This document shows positions 26,660-43,802 of a stretch of 64,000 nt of DNA, piece after piece (positions within the stretch are counted from its first letter, which is position 1; every line of letters starts with the position of its first letter). The stretch comes from the human T2T-CHM13v2.0 reference genome, Homo sapiens. The translations under genes and the position numbers were made by a program. The DNA lies in assembly GCF_009914755.1 (NCBI RefSeq), contig NC_060926.1; one strand, 5' to 3'. The notes beneath the pieces were generated by a model that saw only the letters and a program-made list of their open reading frames with translations, made no database searches and was not told the DNA's origin.

Positions 26660-27930
26660 TGTATTTTTATACACACTGTCGTGTAAAATACACACAACAC
26701 TTGCCATTTTAACAATTTTGAAGTGCACCGTTCAGTGACAATAACCACATTCACGCTGTGGTACCGCGGACACCTCTTCCATCTCCAGAACCTTCCACCT
26801 TCTTCTTCCCCGGAAACTCCGCACCCATTAAACGAGTTAAACGACAGCGCCCCCTGCCCACCCCCCAGCCCGGAAGCCCTCGCTTTACCCTCAGTCTCTA
26901 GAAACTTCACTGCTGTAGATTCCTCGCAGAAGTGAAATCCTGCAGCGTTTGTCTTTTTGTGACTTGGCATAATGTTTTCGATGTTTTTGGGTTGAATCCA
27001 TGTGGAAGCATGTGCCAGCATTTCCGTGCTTTTTAAGGCTGGATAACATTTCACCATCTGTGCGCCCCACACCGTGTTTACCCGTTCATCCAGCGATGGC
27101 TCCTGGGTTGATGCCACATTTCCACTACTCTGCGTGGTGCTGCCAGAAGCAGTGGTGCACGGATCCCTCCTATCTGAATCCCAGCCTTTGGTTTCCATTG
27201 CTATTTGTTGGAATATACCCAAAAGTGGAATTGCTGATCATATGGTAATTCTGTTTAGTTTTTTGAGTCTTCACACAGTTCTCTACAGTGACCAACTATA
27301 TTATATTCCTCTCCATACAGTTTCCTACCGTGACCAACTATATTATATTCCTCTCCATACAGTTTCCTACAGTGACCACATTATATTATATTCCTCTCCA
27401 TACAGTTCTCCACAGTGACCAACTATATTATATTCCTCCCTATACAGTTCCTTACAGTGACCAACTATATTATATTTCTCTCCATACAGTTCTCCACAGT
27501 GACTAACTATATTATATTCCTCTCCATACAATTCCCTACAGTGACCAACTATATTATACTCCTCTCCATACAGTTCTCTACAGTGACCAACTATATTATA
27601 TTCCTCTCCATACAGTTTCCTATAGTGACCACACTATATTATATTCCTCTCCACAGAGTTCCCTACAGTGAACACACTATATTATATTCCCCTCCATACA
27701 GTTCCCAGCAGTGACCAACTATGTTATATTCCTCTCCATACAACTCTCTACAGTGACTGGACTATATTATATTCCTCTTTACACAGTTCTCTTGGTGACT
27801 GCACAGTATTATATTTCTACCATGAATGCTTAATTGTTCTGATTCCTCCACAACCCAACAAACGCTTGTCATTATATGTTTTGTCTGTACATTTTTAAAT
27901 ATTAGCTGTCTTACTGGGTATGAAAGTTTG
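26660..27930 (-). mobile_element. L1MB-type 3' end hosting a 42-bp VNTR
   Basis: TTGCCATTTTAACAATTTTGAAGTGCACCGTTCAGTG; ATATACCCAAAAGTGGAATTGCTGATCATATGGTAATTCTGTTTAG. Confidence 0.75.
27271..27820. repeat. 42-bp minisatellite, about 13 copies
   Basis: Unit CCATACAGTTTCCTACAGTGACCAACTATATTATATTCCTCT; starts at 27313 and 27355 give period 42. Confidence 0.95.
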
Positions 27931-28028
27931 TGTGTGTGTATGAAGTATATTTTATATCATATTTTCATTGCTTTTTTTCTACCCTAATAGATTGAAGCTC
28001 AGATTCAAGAATCATCTCCATGTGTACC

Positions 28029-28390
28029 TGCCATAGACTGAACGTGTCCCCCAAATCCACAGTTGGAAACCTAATGGCCAAAGTGATGGTATTAGGAGGT
28101 GGGAGCTTTAGGAGGTGATGAGGTTTTGCTGGTGGAGCCTCATGAATCATCATGATAAGATTAGTGCCCTTATGAAAGGGACCCAGAGAGCTCCCCTGTC
28201 CCTTCTGCTGTGTGAGGACACAGGAAAAAGGCACCGTCCGGGAACTGGAAAGCAGCCCTCACCTGACAGCAGATCCACCACCATCTCGATCTCGAACCTC
28301 CAGCCTCCAGAACTGGGAGAATAGGTTTCTGTTATTAGAGGCCACCACGTTTATGGAATTTTCTTAGAGAAGCTCAAATTCACTAAGACA
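28029..28390 (+). mobile_element. MLT1A-type solo LTR
   Basis: TGCCATAGACTGAACGTGTCCCCCAAATCC...GATGGTATTAGGAGGTGGG...CCTCCAGCCTCCAGAACTG...ACTAAGACA. Confidence 0.85.
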
Positions 28391-28769
28391 GTGTTCTCAC
28401 ACATTGCTTATGCATTAGCCCAAAGACTGGCACTTAATGTACATTTTGCTAAATGACATGACATAGAATGGAAGGCAAATTTGTCCTGTGATGATTTAGG
28501 TATACTGAGAATATAAAGACCTGTTATTCTGATGAAAGTAGTCAAAGTAATGTACCTTTTACAAGTGATGATGTAAGCATTTATGACAGAAAATTTCAAG
28601 AACATGGGAGTAGACAGAAGCATAGTGAACTCCTGTGTGTTTAACTCCAGCTTCAGCAACTATCAGCTTGTGTCCCAGGTGGTTGTATCTATACTTTCAC
28701 AGCCCCAAAAGGACATTTTTGGGCCAAGGAAGAGAGACCTCCTTCCCCGTGGTTAGCTGAGTGTTTTTA

Positions 28770-31460
<2,691 letters not shown>

Positions 31461-31659
31461 TATTTTTTAGCAATTTGGGAGAAACTTGCAACACACAGGA
31501 TAGAATAGATTGTCCTACTGACACAAAAACTCCAAAATATTAGTTTCTTTAACAATAAGTGTGCTCTGTTTCTTACCACATGTGCGCTGCGGGTCAGGAG
31601 GAGGCTCTGTGCATTTCCCTCGTCAGGGCCGCGGGCTGTGGAATGCCCACCTTCAAGGG

Positions 31660-31855
31660 CAATACCATTGGATGAAACGCTCTGTGGATTTGCACTGTGC
31701 AACATGGCAGCCTCGAGCCACATATGGCTCTGAGCGTTTGACCTGTGACAAATGCAACCGGGAAACTGAATGTTTAATTCTATTTCATTTTAATGAATTT
31801 AAATTTAAATAGCCACATGTGGCTGGTGTCTCCTATACTGGACTGCAAAGGTCTA
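31660..31855. mobile_element. MER3-like hAT DNA transposon remnant
   Basis: GAAACTGAATGTTTAATTCTATTTCATTTTAATGAATTTAAATTTAAATAGCCACATGTGGCTGG. Confidence 0.7.
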
Positions 31856-32344
31856 GAACGTGTCTGGTGTCTCTGATGAGACAAAGAACTCGGCTCTTGC
31901 TGGTTTCTTCCCAGCGATGGCAGAGTTCACTTTTCACTGGCTAAGGCAAGTCAAATGCCCTGGCACAACCTCAAGGGGGCAGAAGAGTGCAGTTTTAACA
32001 GGTGCCCAGAAGAAGGAGAACCGGAAGCATCGCTGGACATCAAGGATTCTGCAAAGCAGAGAATAAACCCCAGATTGCTTAGGGGAAACCAGCTGGGTAG
32101 CGGTTTAATGGTTGGAGGAGCATGGTCAGGGCAGTAAGTGAACACAGTACCAGGGGAATTTGTAGAGAAGAAATGAGGACCCAGGGTGAGAAATTGTTCA
32201 AGGCCAAAGACAGAAGTCGCTGGTCTCTGTCAACACTTCATCCTCAGGGCCTGCCTGCATGCTCAAGGGACCCTGGTTGCATGGCTGTGCAGGTGGCCCG
32301 AGCTGCCCAAACCTTGCTCTGTCACAGAGGCAGGCCCGTCAGGC

Positions 32345-32780
32345 GTGTTCCATCTCCCTGTTGTGTGACTATAAGAGAATTACCTGAGACTGGGTAATTT
32401 ATAAGAAAAAATGTTTATTTAGCTCACTGTTCTGCAGGTTGAGAAGTTCAAGGGCCTGGCCTTGGCTCCCTGTGAGGGTTTCTGAGCTGGGTCATAACAT
32501 GATGGAGAAGGTCAGAGGAGAAGTGAACAGATGTGGAGAGGACCAAGCAGAAGGAGAATCTGCACCTTGTAACAACAGTTCCAGTGGGAGCCAGTCCAGT
32601 CTCTGAGAGTGAAGCCACACTCAATACCTCACAAAGAAGGATTCAGTCCCAGGACATAAACACCTCCTGCCAGGATGTAAACACCTCCCACCAGGCCCCA
32701 CCTCCAAACACTAACACATTGAGGATCACGTTTCACATGGAACTTGGTGGAGATGGCAAACCACGTCCAAACCACAGTCA
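32345..32780 (-). mobile_element. MST (MSTB/C-type) solo LTR
   Basis: TACCTGAGACTGGGTAATTTATAAGAAAAAATGTTTATTTAGCTCACTGTTCTGCAGG...CCAGGCCCCACCTCCAAAC. Confidence 0.75.
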
Positions 32781-32842
32781 GCTTCCTCACCTCCTGCAGT
32801 GCATCCTTGGCTGAGTTTACTCAGTATACCCAGGATGCTCAT

Positions 32843-33100
32843 GTCCACTCACCAGATCTTCCATCTCATGCACCCTCACCTTCCAGATGCAGCTGCAGTA
32901 GTCCTCACCTCCACCCACCAGATCTGCTTCCATCCCATGCACCCTCGCCTTCCAGATGCAGCTGCAGTAGTCCTCACCTCCACCCACCAGATCTGCTTCC
33001 ATCCCATGCACCCTCGCCTTCCAGATGCAGCTGCTGTGATCACGTCCACCCGCTAGATCCTCTTCCATCCCATGCACCCTCACCTTTCAGATGCAGCTGG
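32843..33100. repeat. 69-bp tandem repeat, about 4 copies
   Basis: TTCCAGATGCAGCTGC recurs at 32881, 32950 and 33019. Confidence 0.9.
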
Positions 33101-35458
33101 AAGCATGTGAAGCATAATAAATAAACTCAACTTAACCTCGTCTCTTATTACATCAAACCCCCGAGTTGGTGGTGTAAGTTGCCTAATTCTGGCTTTGGAT
33201 CCCAGCTCCATTGCTTTTTTACTTGACCCTGCATGAGTTCCTTAAGCTCCTGTGTGGCTTCAGGCAAAGTGTCTGGCCTTCCTCGGTCTTGCTTGGCACA
33301 TTTGTGAGCCGAGTAAAATATATTATAAACTATTAATCCATAGGGAACAATGATCATGGTGTATTTTATTTTAGCTTTTATTTCAAAACACGATTAAGGA
33401 ATGCATAATTTTCCTTTAATCATTTGTTTATATCTTTTCAACTTACTTAGATTTATTCTCTATTAACTAATTTTTGTTACTATTGTAATAATCAATAATT
33501 AGAAAAATAACCTAGCCATCACTGATTATTCGTGGGATTCAGGAACCCAATGATTTCCCTGAGAATCACCTTGCTGTAGGGACTGAGGGGAATTTTCCTG
33601 TTACTGAGCCTGGCCACTAGATGGATGCATGACCACCTCACTTTAGCTTTCTCGACTTTCAGTCCTAAAAAGACTTAACAAGGATTCTGCACCTTTTCTC
33701 CCACCTCCACCGTTCCTTGAATGGTGAATTTCTATAACATTTGATAACTGTTCTTTTAATAATTCTTGACCCTTTCTGTGCTTTCATTTAACCTCAAGTC
33801 TAGATTATTATTCAAATTGACTCATTTGGTAAAAATATATTGGGTATCTATCATGCAGCAACAGCTTAATGGGATCCCTCGTGAAGCCGTCAAGTGCTGA
33901 AGCTGTGAAAGCTGGGGCCGGCGGATCGGGTCGGGACTGCCACTGTGATCACTTTTAGGCCAGCGTCAGCAGAAGCCTGTGTGATTGCAGGCAGATCTAC
34001 GCTGTCTTTCAAACGCGGTGACACCGAGGTACAGCGTGGGGGACACGCAGCAGGGTTAAGGGTGTGGGGGGAGCTTGCTCGTCCTCCTTGGAAACCATGA
34101 CACGGGGAAGGGGATTTAGGCCTCCTCAGTTCCACACTCCTCCTTTCTAGAGGCCAAGGCAGCCCTTTGATCAAGGTCACATTGCTCCTTAGAGGCAGCT
34201 CAAAAGCAGTTTCAGGAGGGAGCTCTCCACGTCTTTTTAGAGACAAATCTCCTCCGTGTGAGGGTCTCTGAAGCGGCAGGGTCCGTGGGGCCAGTGAGGC
34301 TGACTTCGTGGCTGGGCCCCCACAGTACAGCCACGATGACAGGGATGGGACAGCTGCACAGAGGTCAGTGAGCCCTGGGGATGAGGGGAGGAGGAGGGGA
34401 GGCCTTGGGGTGGGAAGGGGTTCCTGAAGAAGGTTATTCTAGGTGGGGCCTGAAATAACTCCTTCTACAAATGAAGAGGCGACAGGTGTGGGATAGAGGG
34501 TGGAAGGGGCAGACCATCCCAAGAAGACACACACCAGGACACTGAAGTGGCTGCTGGGGTGGGTGTGTTGGGTGGTGGAGGGGCAGCAGGCCCTGGTCAT
34601 GGAGATGAGGCTGGGGATTAAACAGTGGCTCTGTCACAAAGGCCTTCTATGCCATCCTTGCACGTGTGAATTATTTTTTTCAAAATGCAATGGAAAAACT
34701 TATTTTCAATCCTAAATCTTGGTCTATTCTATGGTTTAGAAGTTTGGAGACTTACCAGAATACTGATTTATTACCAGCAGTAGGCTCAGGGATATATTGT
34801 GGGAATGCTTATGACCTTTATTTCTTCAGGAAAATGAAGTGAATATGAACATTATTAAATTTTTGCCAAAGGTTTTTTTGCCAAAAAAACTTTTCTCATT
34901 GAAGAGAGTTATAAATGTTTGCTTGAAAAGTATGTGTGCATTGATTGGTCATCTATAAATTAGATTGGATTTTTCAGCCCGATTTATTATATTGGTTACT
35001 TCACAAGGTCACACTGCCTTGAATATTATTTTGCCATAGCAACACGAAGGGGCAAGACAAGGAAGAGGATGAGGAGGAGGAAGAGAAATAAGAGGCGTCA
35101 ACATCAACCCCCTCCGGTGTCAGCTGGTGAACGTCATCCACGTGGTTGGACATTAAATATGAGCCCTTTAGGAAAAGTTGGGGCCATAAATACATTATTA
35201 ATACCTATGTGGGTGGGCCAAGTAAGTGACCCACATGTGATACTGGAAACTGAAAAGTGGAAGATGAAAAGAGCTTGTGTGGTGGGGAGAGGAACAGAGT
35301 CTCCATAATCAGAATGCTTCAGGGGCTGTCATGCTGGAACATAAATTAGTACACAATTTTGATAGAAGACATTTTGAATGCATTAGAACAACTTTAGCAT
35401 GGTTCCTACCATGTGCTCAGCAATTTAACAACCAGGCATTTTACCAAAAGAATAAGCA

Positions 35459-35678
35459 TGCCAACCTAAGCAACATAATGAGACTCTGTTTCTACAAAAA
35501 TAAGAAAAAAATAGCCAGGCATGGCGGCGTGCTCCTGACATCCCAGCTTCTCAGGAGGCTGAGGCGGGAGGATCGCTTGAACCCAGGAGGTCGAGGCTAC
35601 AGTGAGTTGTGATCACACCACTGCACTCCAGCCTAGCTGACAGAGTGAGACCTTGCCTCAAAAAAAAAAAAAAAAAAA
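35459..35678 (+). mobile_element. 5'-truncated AluJ
   Basis: GGAGGATCGCTTGAACCCAGGAGGTCGAGGCTACAGTGAG (J-type) plus poly(A). Confidence 0.85.
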
Positions 35679-35949
35679 CCATGTACGGTGAGATTTTGTA
35701 ACAGAGGCGACAATTGATCAAGTGTTTATTTAGAGAAACTATTGGAAATGAAATATTAGAAATAAACTAAATATTCAAGAACAGGCAATTATCAAAAATG
35801 TTATGGCATATGCATAAAATGAAATGCCATGAAATCATTATGTATTATGATGAGAGAAATATGAAAAATTAATGAAACATAGTTATCATGCCCTAGTTGT
35901 TCTATGTGTCACCATTCTATGGCAATACATTAAGGATGCCTTATCTTTA

Positions 35950-36904
35950 ATTTTAGTTTTCTATATATTGAAGTATCATTTACATAAAGCAATGACCACA
36001 AATTTCAAACATGAAGCTCAGTGGATTTTCCCCATATACACAACTGTGTGCACACTACCTGGGTATAGATACTAAACACATCTACCACAAAGGCTGATCC
36101 CTGCTCCCTCCCAGCCAGCAGCCCTGGGAGCAAACATCACCACAACCTGTTCTGAAGATTCATTTCACTTCTATTTTGAATTTCATATGAATACATATCT
36201 TATGTTATCATATGTATTATCTTGCTTCTGGCTTCTGTCAAGCAACATTATAGCAGTGAGATTCATAGTTTTGCAGTGTAATCAGTTTGTTATATTTTCT
36301 GTTGCAACATAATATTCCATTGTGCAACATATTTATCCATTTAACTACAGCTGAACAGTTAGATTCTTTCTAGTTTTTTAGCTCTTATCAATAAAATTGC
36401 TATAAACATTTTTGTGTCTGTATTTTGGTGGGCATAGCAGTCATTTATATTGGGAGTAGTGGAACTACTAACTCACAAGTGCATGTGTGTGTATGTGTGT
36501 ATGTGTGTGTGTTTCTCCATTGTAGATATCACCAAACACTTTTCCAAAGTGGTTGCACCAATTTCTATGTCCATGGGTGGTGCAAAGCTGCTTATATATT
36601 TATGAGCTACGTGGACAACTCTTTTGTAACACACATGCACACAGACATCGCCTTGCTTTCTCACTCTCATATGTCTTTTCATAAATAAAAGTAAACTTTT
36701 ACTCAAGTTCGATTTATTCATTCCTTCATTTATTGTTGCCATTTTTGGAGGATGAAATTATTTGTATTTTTGAAATTTTGATATATCAAACTTATGGAAA
36801 TGTTATAAGAATAATTTTTACAACTGTAGACAATGTGTTACCCAGACACATCAACTGGTACATTTTGCCCCATCACATTATCTATCTATCTAATCTATCT
36901 AATC

Positions 36905-36954
<50 letters not shown>

Positions 36955-38350
36955 TTCTGATCCATTTGATAGTAAGTTGTGGACATAGTGGTTCTCTAAT
37001 TTTTAGATACTTCATTGTGTATTTCCTGACAGCCTGAGCACAGTTATCAGTATTGGGAAATTTAATTGTAATGCAATACTATGATCAAATCCATTATCTA
37101 TATACTGAATTAAGTACTATATTATCTAGTGTCCAATTTATTAAAACACAACAATACCCTTGACAGCTTCTCTTTTCAGAGTCCTGGAAGAAGACCCGGG
37201 GCAGGGTCACCTGCTGCACGTGTGGTTGTACCTGCCGTCTGCTATGTGGTCGCACCTGCCGCCCTCTCTCACCTGGAGCAGCTCCTCGGGAGGTCTTTAT
37301 CTCTCCTACCTTGACACACTCCGAGTTCAGCCCAGTGATTTCTTCCAGCCCCCTCAATCTGGGTTTGCTGATGCCTCCTCCACGTCCCATGCAGGTGTTG
37401 TCTGTGCAGCAGCAGCACGCTGAAGCCCCAGTGGCCTCTCCAGGCTTCCTGTTAATACCCCGGTGCAGGCGAGGCGGTCCTGCCTCCATGCTGATGCTGA
37501 CTTTGATCACGTGGTTAAGGGGCTGTTGGCCAGTTTTCTCCACCAAAGTTATAACATTTCCATTTGTAACTAATAAGTGAGTAACTCGTGGGAAGATACT
37601 TTTTGTCCTGTTTCTTTTCACTCATGATTTTCTAAACTCACCACCCGTTCCTTCTATATTTATTTGCTGTCATTCTGCTGTGAGTGAAAACTTTTCCTTT
37701 TCATTTATTTATTTAATCAGTCACTTACTAACACCACTTATTTATTTGTTTCAATTATATCAGTATAGACTTATAGAGTCTTTTTTGTTTTTCCTTTTTG
37801 TAGCGACAGGTCTGGCTGGATGCCCAGGCTGGCCTCAAACTCCTGGGCTCAAGGGATCTTCTGGCCTCCACGGTGCCACCACACCAGGCTAAACTCATGG
37901 ATTTTTATCGTGTTAATTATCACAATACTTTACTACGGTCACTCAGTTTGGCTGTAAAATGGTCCCAGCTCTGGCTGATGGGAGCCTCTTTGAGCTGTTT
38001 AAGTGTCTCTGAACGCGCACCAGCGTTCTCTGAAGACTTTCTCACTCTCTAAGGCATCAAGGCTCCCCCGCCTCGGTCTTGGACTCGGCTCTTTCTCCGG
38101 GACCCTGGTTCTCGTCAGTGGAGAATGAGATTTGGAAACCAAGCTCCGGACCCTTGGCGAGCTCGATGCTCTTGGGCCCTCTCAGTGGGCAGAGCCAGAT
38201 GATAGGCGTTTAGGAGGCTGAAACTTCTCCGATGTAACGTAGTCCACGCATGTCCACGTCCTCCCCAGCAGTCAGAGACAGACCACTCCCCTCAAGATAC
38301 TTCCCCTGTGTTAAACAAGATGGCTTCAGAATTGCTAACTCACTCCCCTG
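35950..38350 (-). mobile_element. Old L1ME/L1MC fragments, including a FLAM-like piece at about 37790-37890
   Basis: Antisense L1 3' motifs (CCAAACACTTTTCCAAAGTGGTTGCACCAATTT; CAGTTTTCTCCACCAAAGTTA). Confidence 0.55.
36879..36951. repeat. (TCTA)n tetranucleotide microsatellite
   Basis: Direct reading; uninterrupted run at about 36906-36951. Confidence 0.95.
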
Positions 38351-39669
38351 CACAAAACAGGTGACTAGTGTTCAGCCCTTGCTCAGTTGTGGAGACAGAA
38401 TTTACACGCAGTGAGATGCTCAGTGCTTCTGTGCGTGACTCAGTGACTTTGGCAACGCGGCCGCCGACAAACTCACATTCCCATCAAGACACGGAGCATT
38501 TCTCTCAGCTGAGAAAGTCCCGCTTGGGACACTTTTATTCCTAATGAATAAGCGTTCGTAGTTCTAGTGCCCACTGATCTGAGAGTCAGAGCTTACGACG
38601 CCGAGCTCCCTACCTCATGCTGGGTGCATCCCCGCGGGCGGGTGTCAGGTGAGGCCACCGCTCACCTGCCCCAGAGGTCACTGAGTGTGTCCGCCTTTCG
38701 TTTTTTCCTCCTTAGTTCCCATTTGCCCGGTCTCTTTCAGGAGCTCCACTTTGTGAAAATTCACAGATGCTGCTGCTCTACAAGAGAACGTGGAGGCTGA
38801 GAAGCCAGCCACGGAGCTTCTGGTGTCCACACATCAGAGCCTTGCACAGTCCACCACGCCGGAAGAAGGGTCTTCTCCCCCAAACCTGTGTCCTGTGTCT
38901 CCATCCACGTCTGTCTCTGTTAATGGTTAATCTTTAAATGTTTACTTTTAAATCATGTACATATTTACATAATTGAAAGCACTGATTCATTCTACCATTC
39001 TTATTTTTAAAAACACCAGAGCCTTTATAACATTCATCAATTTCTTTTTCTCACAGAAAATTCTTTTCACCATTTGCCACTTCTTTTGTTTTTTTTAATT
39101 GAAATTGAGTTCATAAAAGACACAATTATCCACTTTACAGTGTCCAGTGTCCTACAGCCACCATCTCCCTCGAGTTTCACGAGTTTTCATCAGCCCAGCA
39201 CACCCTGGACCCGTGACTCCATTTGCCTCCTCCAGGCTCGGCACCTACTATCTTCTTTCTGTCTCTGCAGATATGCAAAGCATCAAATGAGATGTGTCTG
39301 ATCTCTTTCACTTGCCATGTTTCTGATGTTCATTTACTCTGTGGCAGGTATACTATTTAAATCTTTTTTATAACTGAACAGTATTCCTCTGTACATATGT
39401 ATCTTAATTATTCATTCATGCATCCACTAATGAATGTGTGGGTTCTTTTACCATTTGGATATTATAAATAACGTGGCTATAATTTGGGTACATTTTTCTG
39501 TGCAGATATGTTTTCATTTCTCTTAGATATATACCTAGAAGTGGGATTACTGTGTCACATGGGAATTCTGTGTTTAACTTTTTGAGGAACCACGTCACTG
39601 TTTACCAGTCTCTGAGTCACTTTGCATTCCAGCCAGTGAGGTACGAGGGCTCCTGTTTCTCATCAACAG

Positions 39670-40336
<667 letters not shown>

Positions 40337-41849
40337 GGGAGCCATTGCAGCTGGCCTCACTTTTATTATTATAATTATAATTACTATTATTGCCACCCTG
40401 GTGGTTGTAAAATGGTGTCTCACTGTGGTTTTGATTGGTATTTCCTTAACATTGAACATATTTTCATGTTCTTGTTGACTGTTTGTATATCTTCTTCAGA
40501 GAAATGTCTATTCAAGTCCTTGGCCCATTGGTTAATTGGGTTGTCTTTTTATTTTTGAGTTGCAGGAGTCTTTTTATATATTTTGAACACTAGACCCTCT
40601 TCAAATACACAATCTGCAAACATTTTCTCCCATTCTGTGGGTTGTCTTTTCACTTTACTAATGGTGTCCTTTGATGCAAAAACTAAAAAGTTTTTAGTTT
40701 TGATAAATTTGTATTTGATTGTTTGTTTTTGTTGCCAGCACGGCCCTGACAGTGAACAGTCTCTTCAACAGATACTGCTGGAACACCCAGTTATCCAGAC
40801 GCAGAAGAATGACAGTAGACCTGTATCTCACACCTTCTACCAAAACAACTCAAAATGGATCAAAGACATGAAATAAGAGGTAAAACCATAAAAGGCTTAG
40901 AAAAAAAAAACAGAGATATTGGATAATATCTTACTGTCTTAGACATGATGCCCAAAGCACAAGCAACAAAAACAATAAGAAATCATCAACAATATGTAGC
41001 AGTATATTCGTACTTAAATAACCTAGGTACTGCTGAAGAACAGTTATCAGTGAAGGGATATATTCTATAGGCAGGTGGAAATGGGGACTGATTTTGTATT
41101 TATGTGTCACCATCTACCAAAGAACATATAATTAGGATCCTATTATTTCTCACACTGTTCTTTTGGGCATATTCATAGTAGTACACAAGATTGCTTTGTG
41201 TGCACTGACAGCTTCCTAAATCAAGGAAGAGATCTTCCTAAATTGAGCAGTCAGCAGCACAAGGAAGGGAATCTGCATTATCAGAATGAAGGATGTCAGT
41301 GAGGAACCAGTGAGTGCTGTTTCTTCGAACCCAATGGGGAAACATCACACCTTACCCTAAGCCTTGTGCCAGAATTACGCATGTCTGAGCGCTTTGTTTG
41401 ATATTGTTTATAACTTACTTTCCTTAGCAGTGAACCACTTGCTTTCTATTTGCCTTCCTCATTTCTGAGGACCTTCTGGTGTGGAGGCTGAGTGCTGGAC
41501 TGGGAAGAGATGGTGCGTTAGTGCTGCACTGACCAGCTGCTCACTCCAGAGCAGATGGTCACTATGTCGCATTAGGCAAGGTGCTTTATTTTACCCCAAT
41601 GGCCTCATTTTTATCATGAACTTGACTGTAAGTACCTTTCCAGGGTGCTGTGAGAATTAAACCAGAAGCACTCGGCACATCCAGGTCCTCAGGGCTTTCA
41701 CCCTTGTTCCTTGTTATTTGTAAATGAGTCTTTCACGTAGCAAGCATTTACATAGACACCACTTCAAGGCATTGGTCTCTGTATTGATGATACAAAGATA
41801 AAGACATTGTACATTTTCTGCCCCTTAGGACATTTTCCCAGAGATTCTA

Positions 41850-42720
41850 CAGGCTTTTTTGGAAATTTGAGTCTTCATTTCTTCAGAACAAATGCTCCCA
41901 AATGCACTAGCTGGGCTGTATCATTATTTCATGCTTTCCAGCATGGTTCTGCAACTTCACCTCCCCCGACCTGCTGAGTGCTCCAGTGTCTCTGCATCCT
42001 CACCAGCGTTCTATGTTGTCACTATTTTATGTTTTTAATTTTAGCCGCTCTGATAGATGTGTGGCCACAGCTTATTGCCCGTTTGATCTGTATTCTCCTA
42101 CAGGCTGAGGATTGGGGCATCTTTCCACACCCTCCTTGGCATCTGTGTATCCTCCTCAGTGAAATGTCTGTTAATGCTTTTTTTCCCAGTTTCTGATTGC
42201 ATTTTTCTAAACTGCTGAGTTGTGAGAATTCTTTCTATGTTAAAGTTCTGCTCCTTTTTTGTTCTTTGCAAATATATTTTCCCCCAGTCTGTATCCTGTC
42301 TTTTAATCCTCTTTATATGGGCTTTTGCAGAGCAAAATGTTTAATTTTGAGGAGATCCAGTTCATTAATTTCTTATCTTAGGAATCCTGCTTCTGGTGTC
42401 AGGTCTAAGAACTCTGCCAGGACCCAGATCCCAGAGATTCTCTCCTGTGTTGTTTTTAAAAGGCTGTATGGTTTTCAGATTTAAATTTAAGTCTTGATCC
42501 ATTTACAGTTGATATATTAGGTGTGGGGTTTAGGTTGATCTTCTTTCTCTCCTTTTTCTTTTCTTTTCTTTTCTTTCTTTCTTTTTTTTTTCACCTATAG
42601 ATGTCCAATTGACCTATGTGTCCATCCTGCCACAAGTACTGCAGAATTTTGATTTCTGCTGCAGCAATATAATGTTTTGAAATTGGGTAGAGTGATTCCT
42701 TCCACTTTATTCTGGTTTGT
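41850..42720 (-). mobile_element. Old L1M fragment
   Basis: TTTGCAAATATATTTTCCCCCAGTCTGT; TTTAAGTCTTGATCCATTT. Confidence 0.55.
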
Positions 42721-43074
42721 TTTATACATTTCCTTTTAGCTTAGTGAGTGAGGCCTGGCTCTTGCTTTCTTTTGATGAATATCTGTTAACCTGTTCTGGG
42801 CCAGGAACTCTGTTTACAAAAGTAAACACTGTACTCTCATTGAATATGCAGCCTGTCAGAAGAGATAGAACAAAACAGAAAGTAACAATGAAGATAAAGT
42901 TTTTTAAAATTGGAATAAATCTTATGCAGAAGAAAAGAACTGGAGTGGGTGAGAACATGGGTCCTTTTGGATAGGGCAGTCAGGTCTCTGCAAAGCCACA
43001 TGTTTAACTCAGAAAAGCTGAGAAGCCACAGATACTCCAAAACACAGGGGTACAATGAGCTGGAAGCATGGACA

Positions 43075-43241
43075 AGCTCAGATCATGTGGGCGCTGGAGG
43101 AGGCGGTGAGGCCAGGGTGGGGCTGAGATGGGAGAAGTGGAGGCAGGAGCCAGGCTTGAGCTCAGATCATGTGGGCGCTGGTGGAGGCAGTGAGGCCAGG
43201 GCGGGGCTGAGATAGGGAAGTGGAGGCAGGAGCCAGGCTTG
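43075..43241. repeat. 84-bp tandem duplication
   Basis: AGCTCAGATCATGTGGGCGCTGG starts at 43075 and 43159. Confidence 0.92.
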
Positions 43242-43518
43242 ACCTCAACCCAGCCACAGATAACAGAGGAAATTGGAGCTTTCTCTGGAGATTGCGTGGA
43301 TGAATCATGAATTGATCTGTGCTTGAAAATCATTGCTGTTGCTTTGGGTTGCAGGGGCTAATCGTGGAAATAGGGAGGACAGAGAGAAAGAGAGTGTCGC
43401 AGTCCAGGGAGGAGATGGGTCTCCTGAGCTTGGATTGGGGCAGTGGCACAGTAAGGATGTATTTGTGATGCATCTGGGAAGAAGAGTTAGGAGGGTCTGC
43501 TGCTGGAATGGACAAGAA

Positions 43519-43802
43519 TGCTTTAAAACAAAGTTAAAGGGAGCTATGGAGACTTTTAGATTATAGCTGATGGACATGCCAGTCACTGGTGCTTTAAAAC
43601 AAAGTTAAAGGGAGCTATGGAGACTTTTAGATTATAGCTGATGGACATGCCAGTCACTGGTGCTTTAAAACAAAGTTAAAGGGAGCTATGGAGACTTTTA
43701 GATTATAGCTGATGGACATGCCAGTCACTGGTGCTTTAAAACAAAGTTAAAGGGAGCTATGGGGACTTTCTGATTACAGCAGAGGGACCTGCGGGTCACT
43801 GG
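43519..43802. repeat. 71-bp tandem repeat: 3 identical copies and 1 diverged copy
   Basis: TGCTTTAAAACAAAGTTAAAGGGAGCTATGG starts at 43519, 43590, 43661 and 43732. Confidence 0.95.

Noticed and set aside
27271-27820. CRISPR-like regular array
   Set aside because: Head-to-tail units with no unique spacers, eukaryotic context, no cas genes
33611-33628. CTCF-like TGGCCACTAGATGGATGC
   Set aside because: Lacks the conserved C after GATGG; a single partial motif is not evidence
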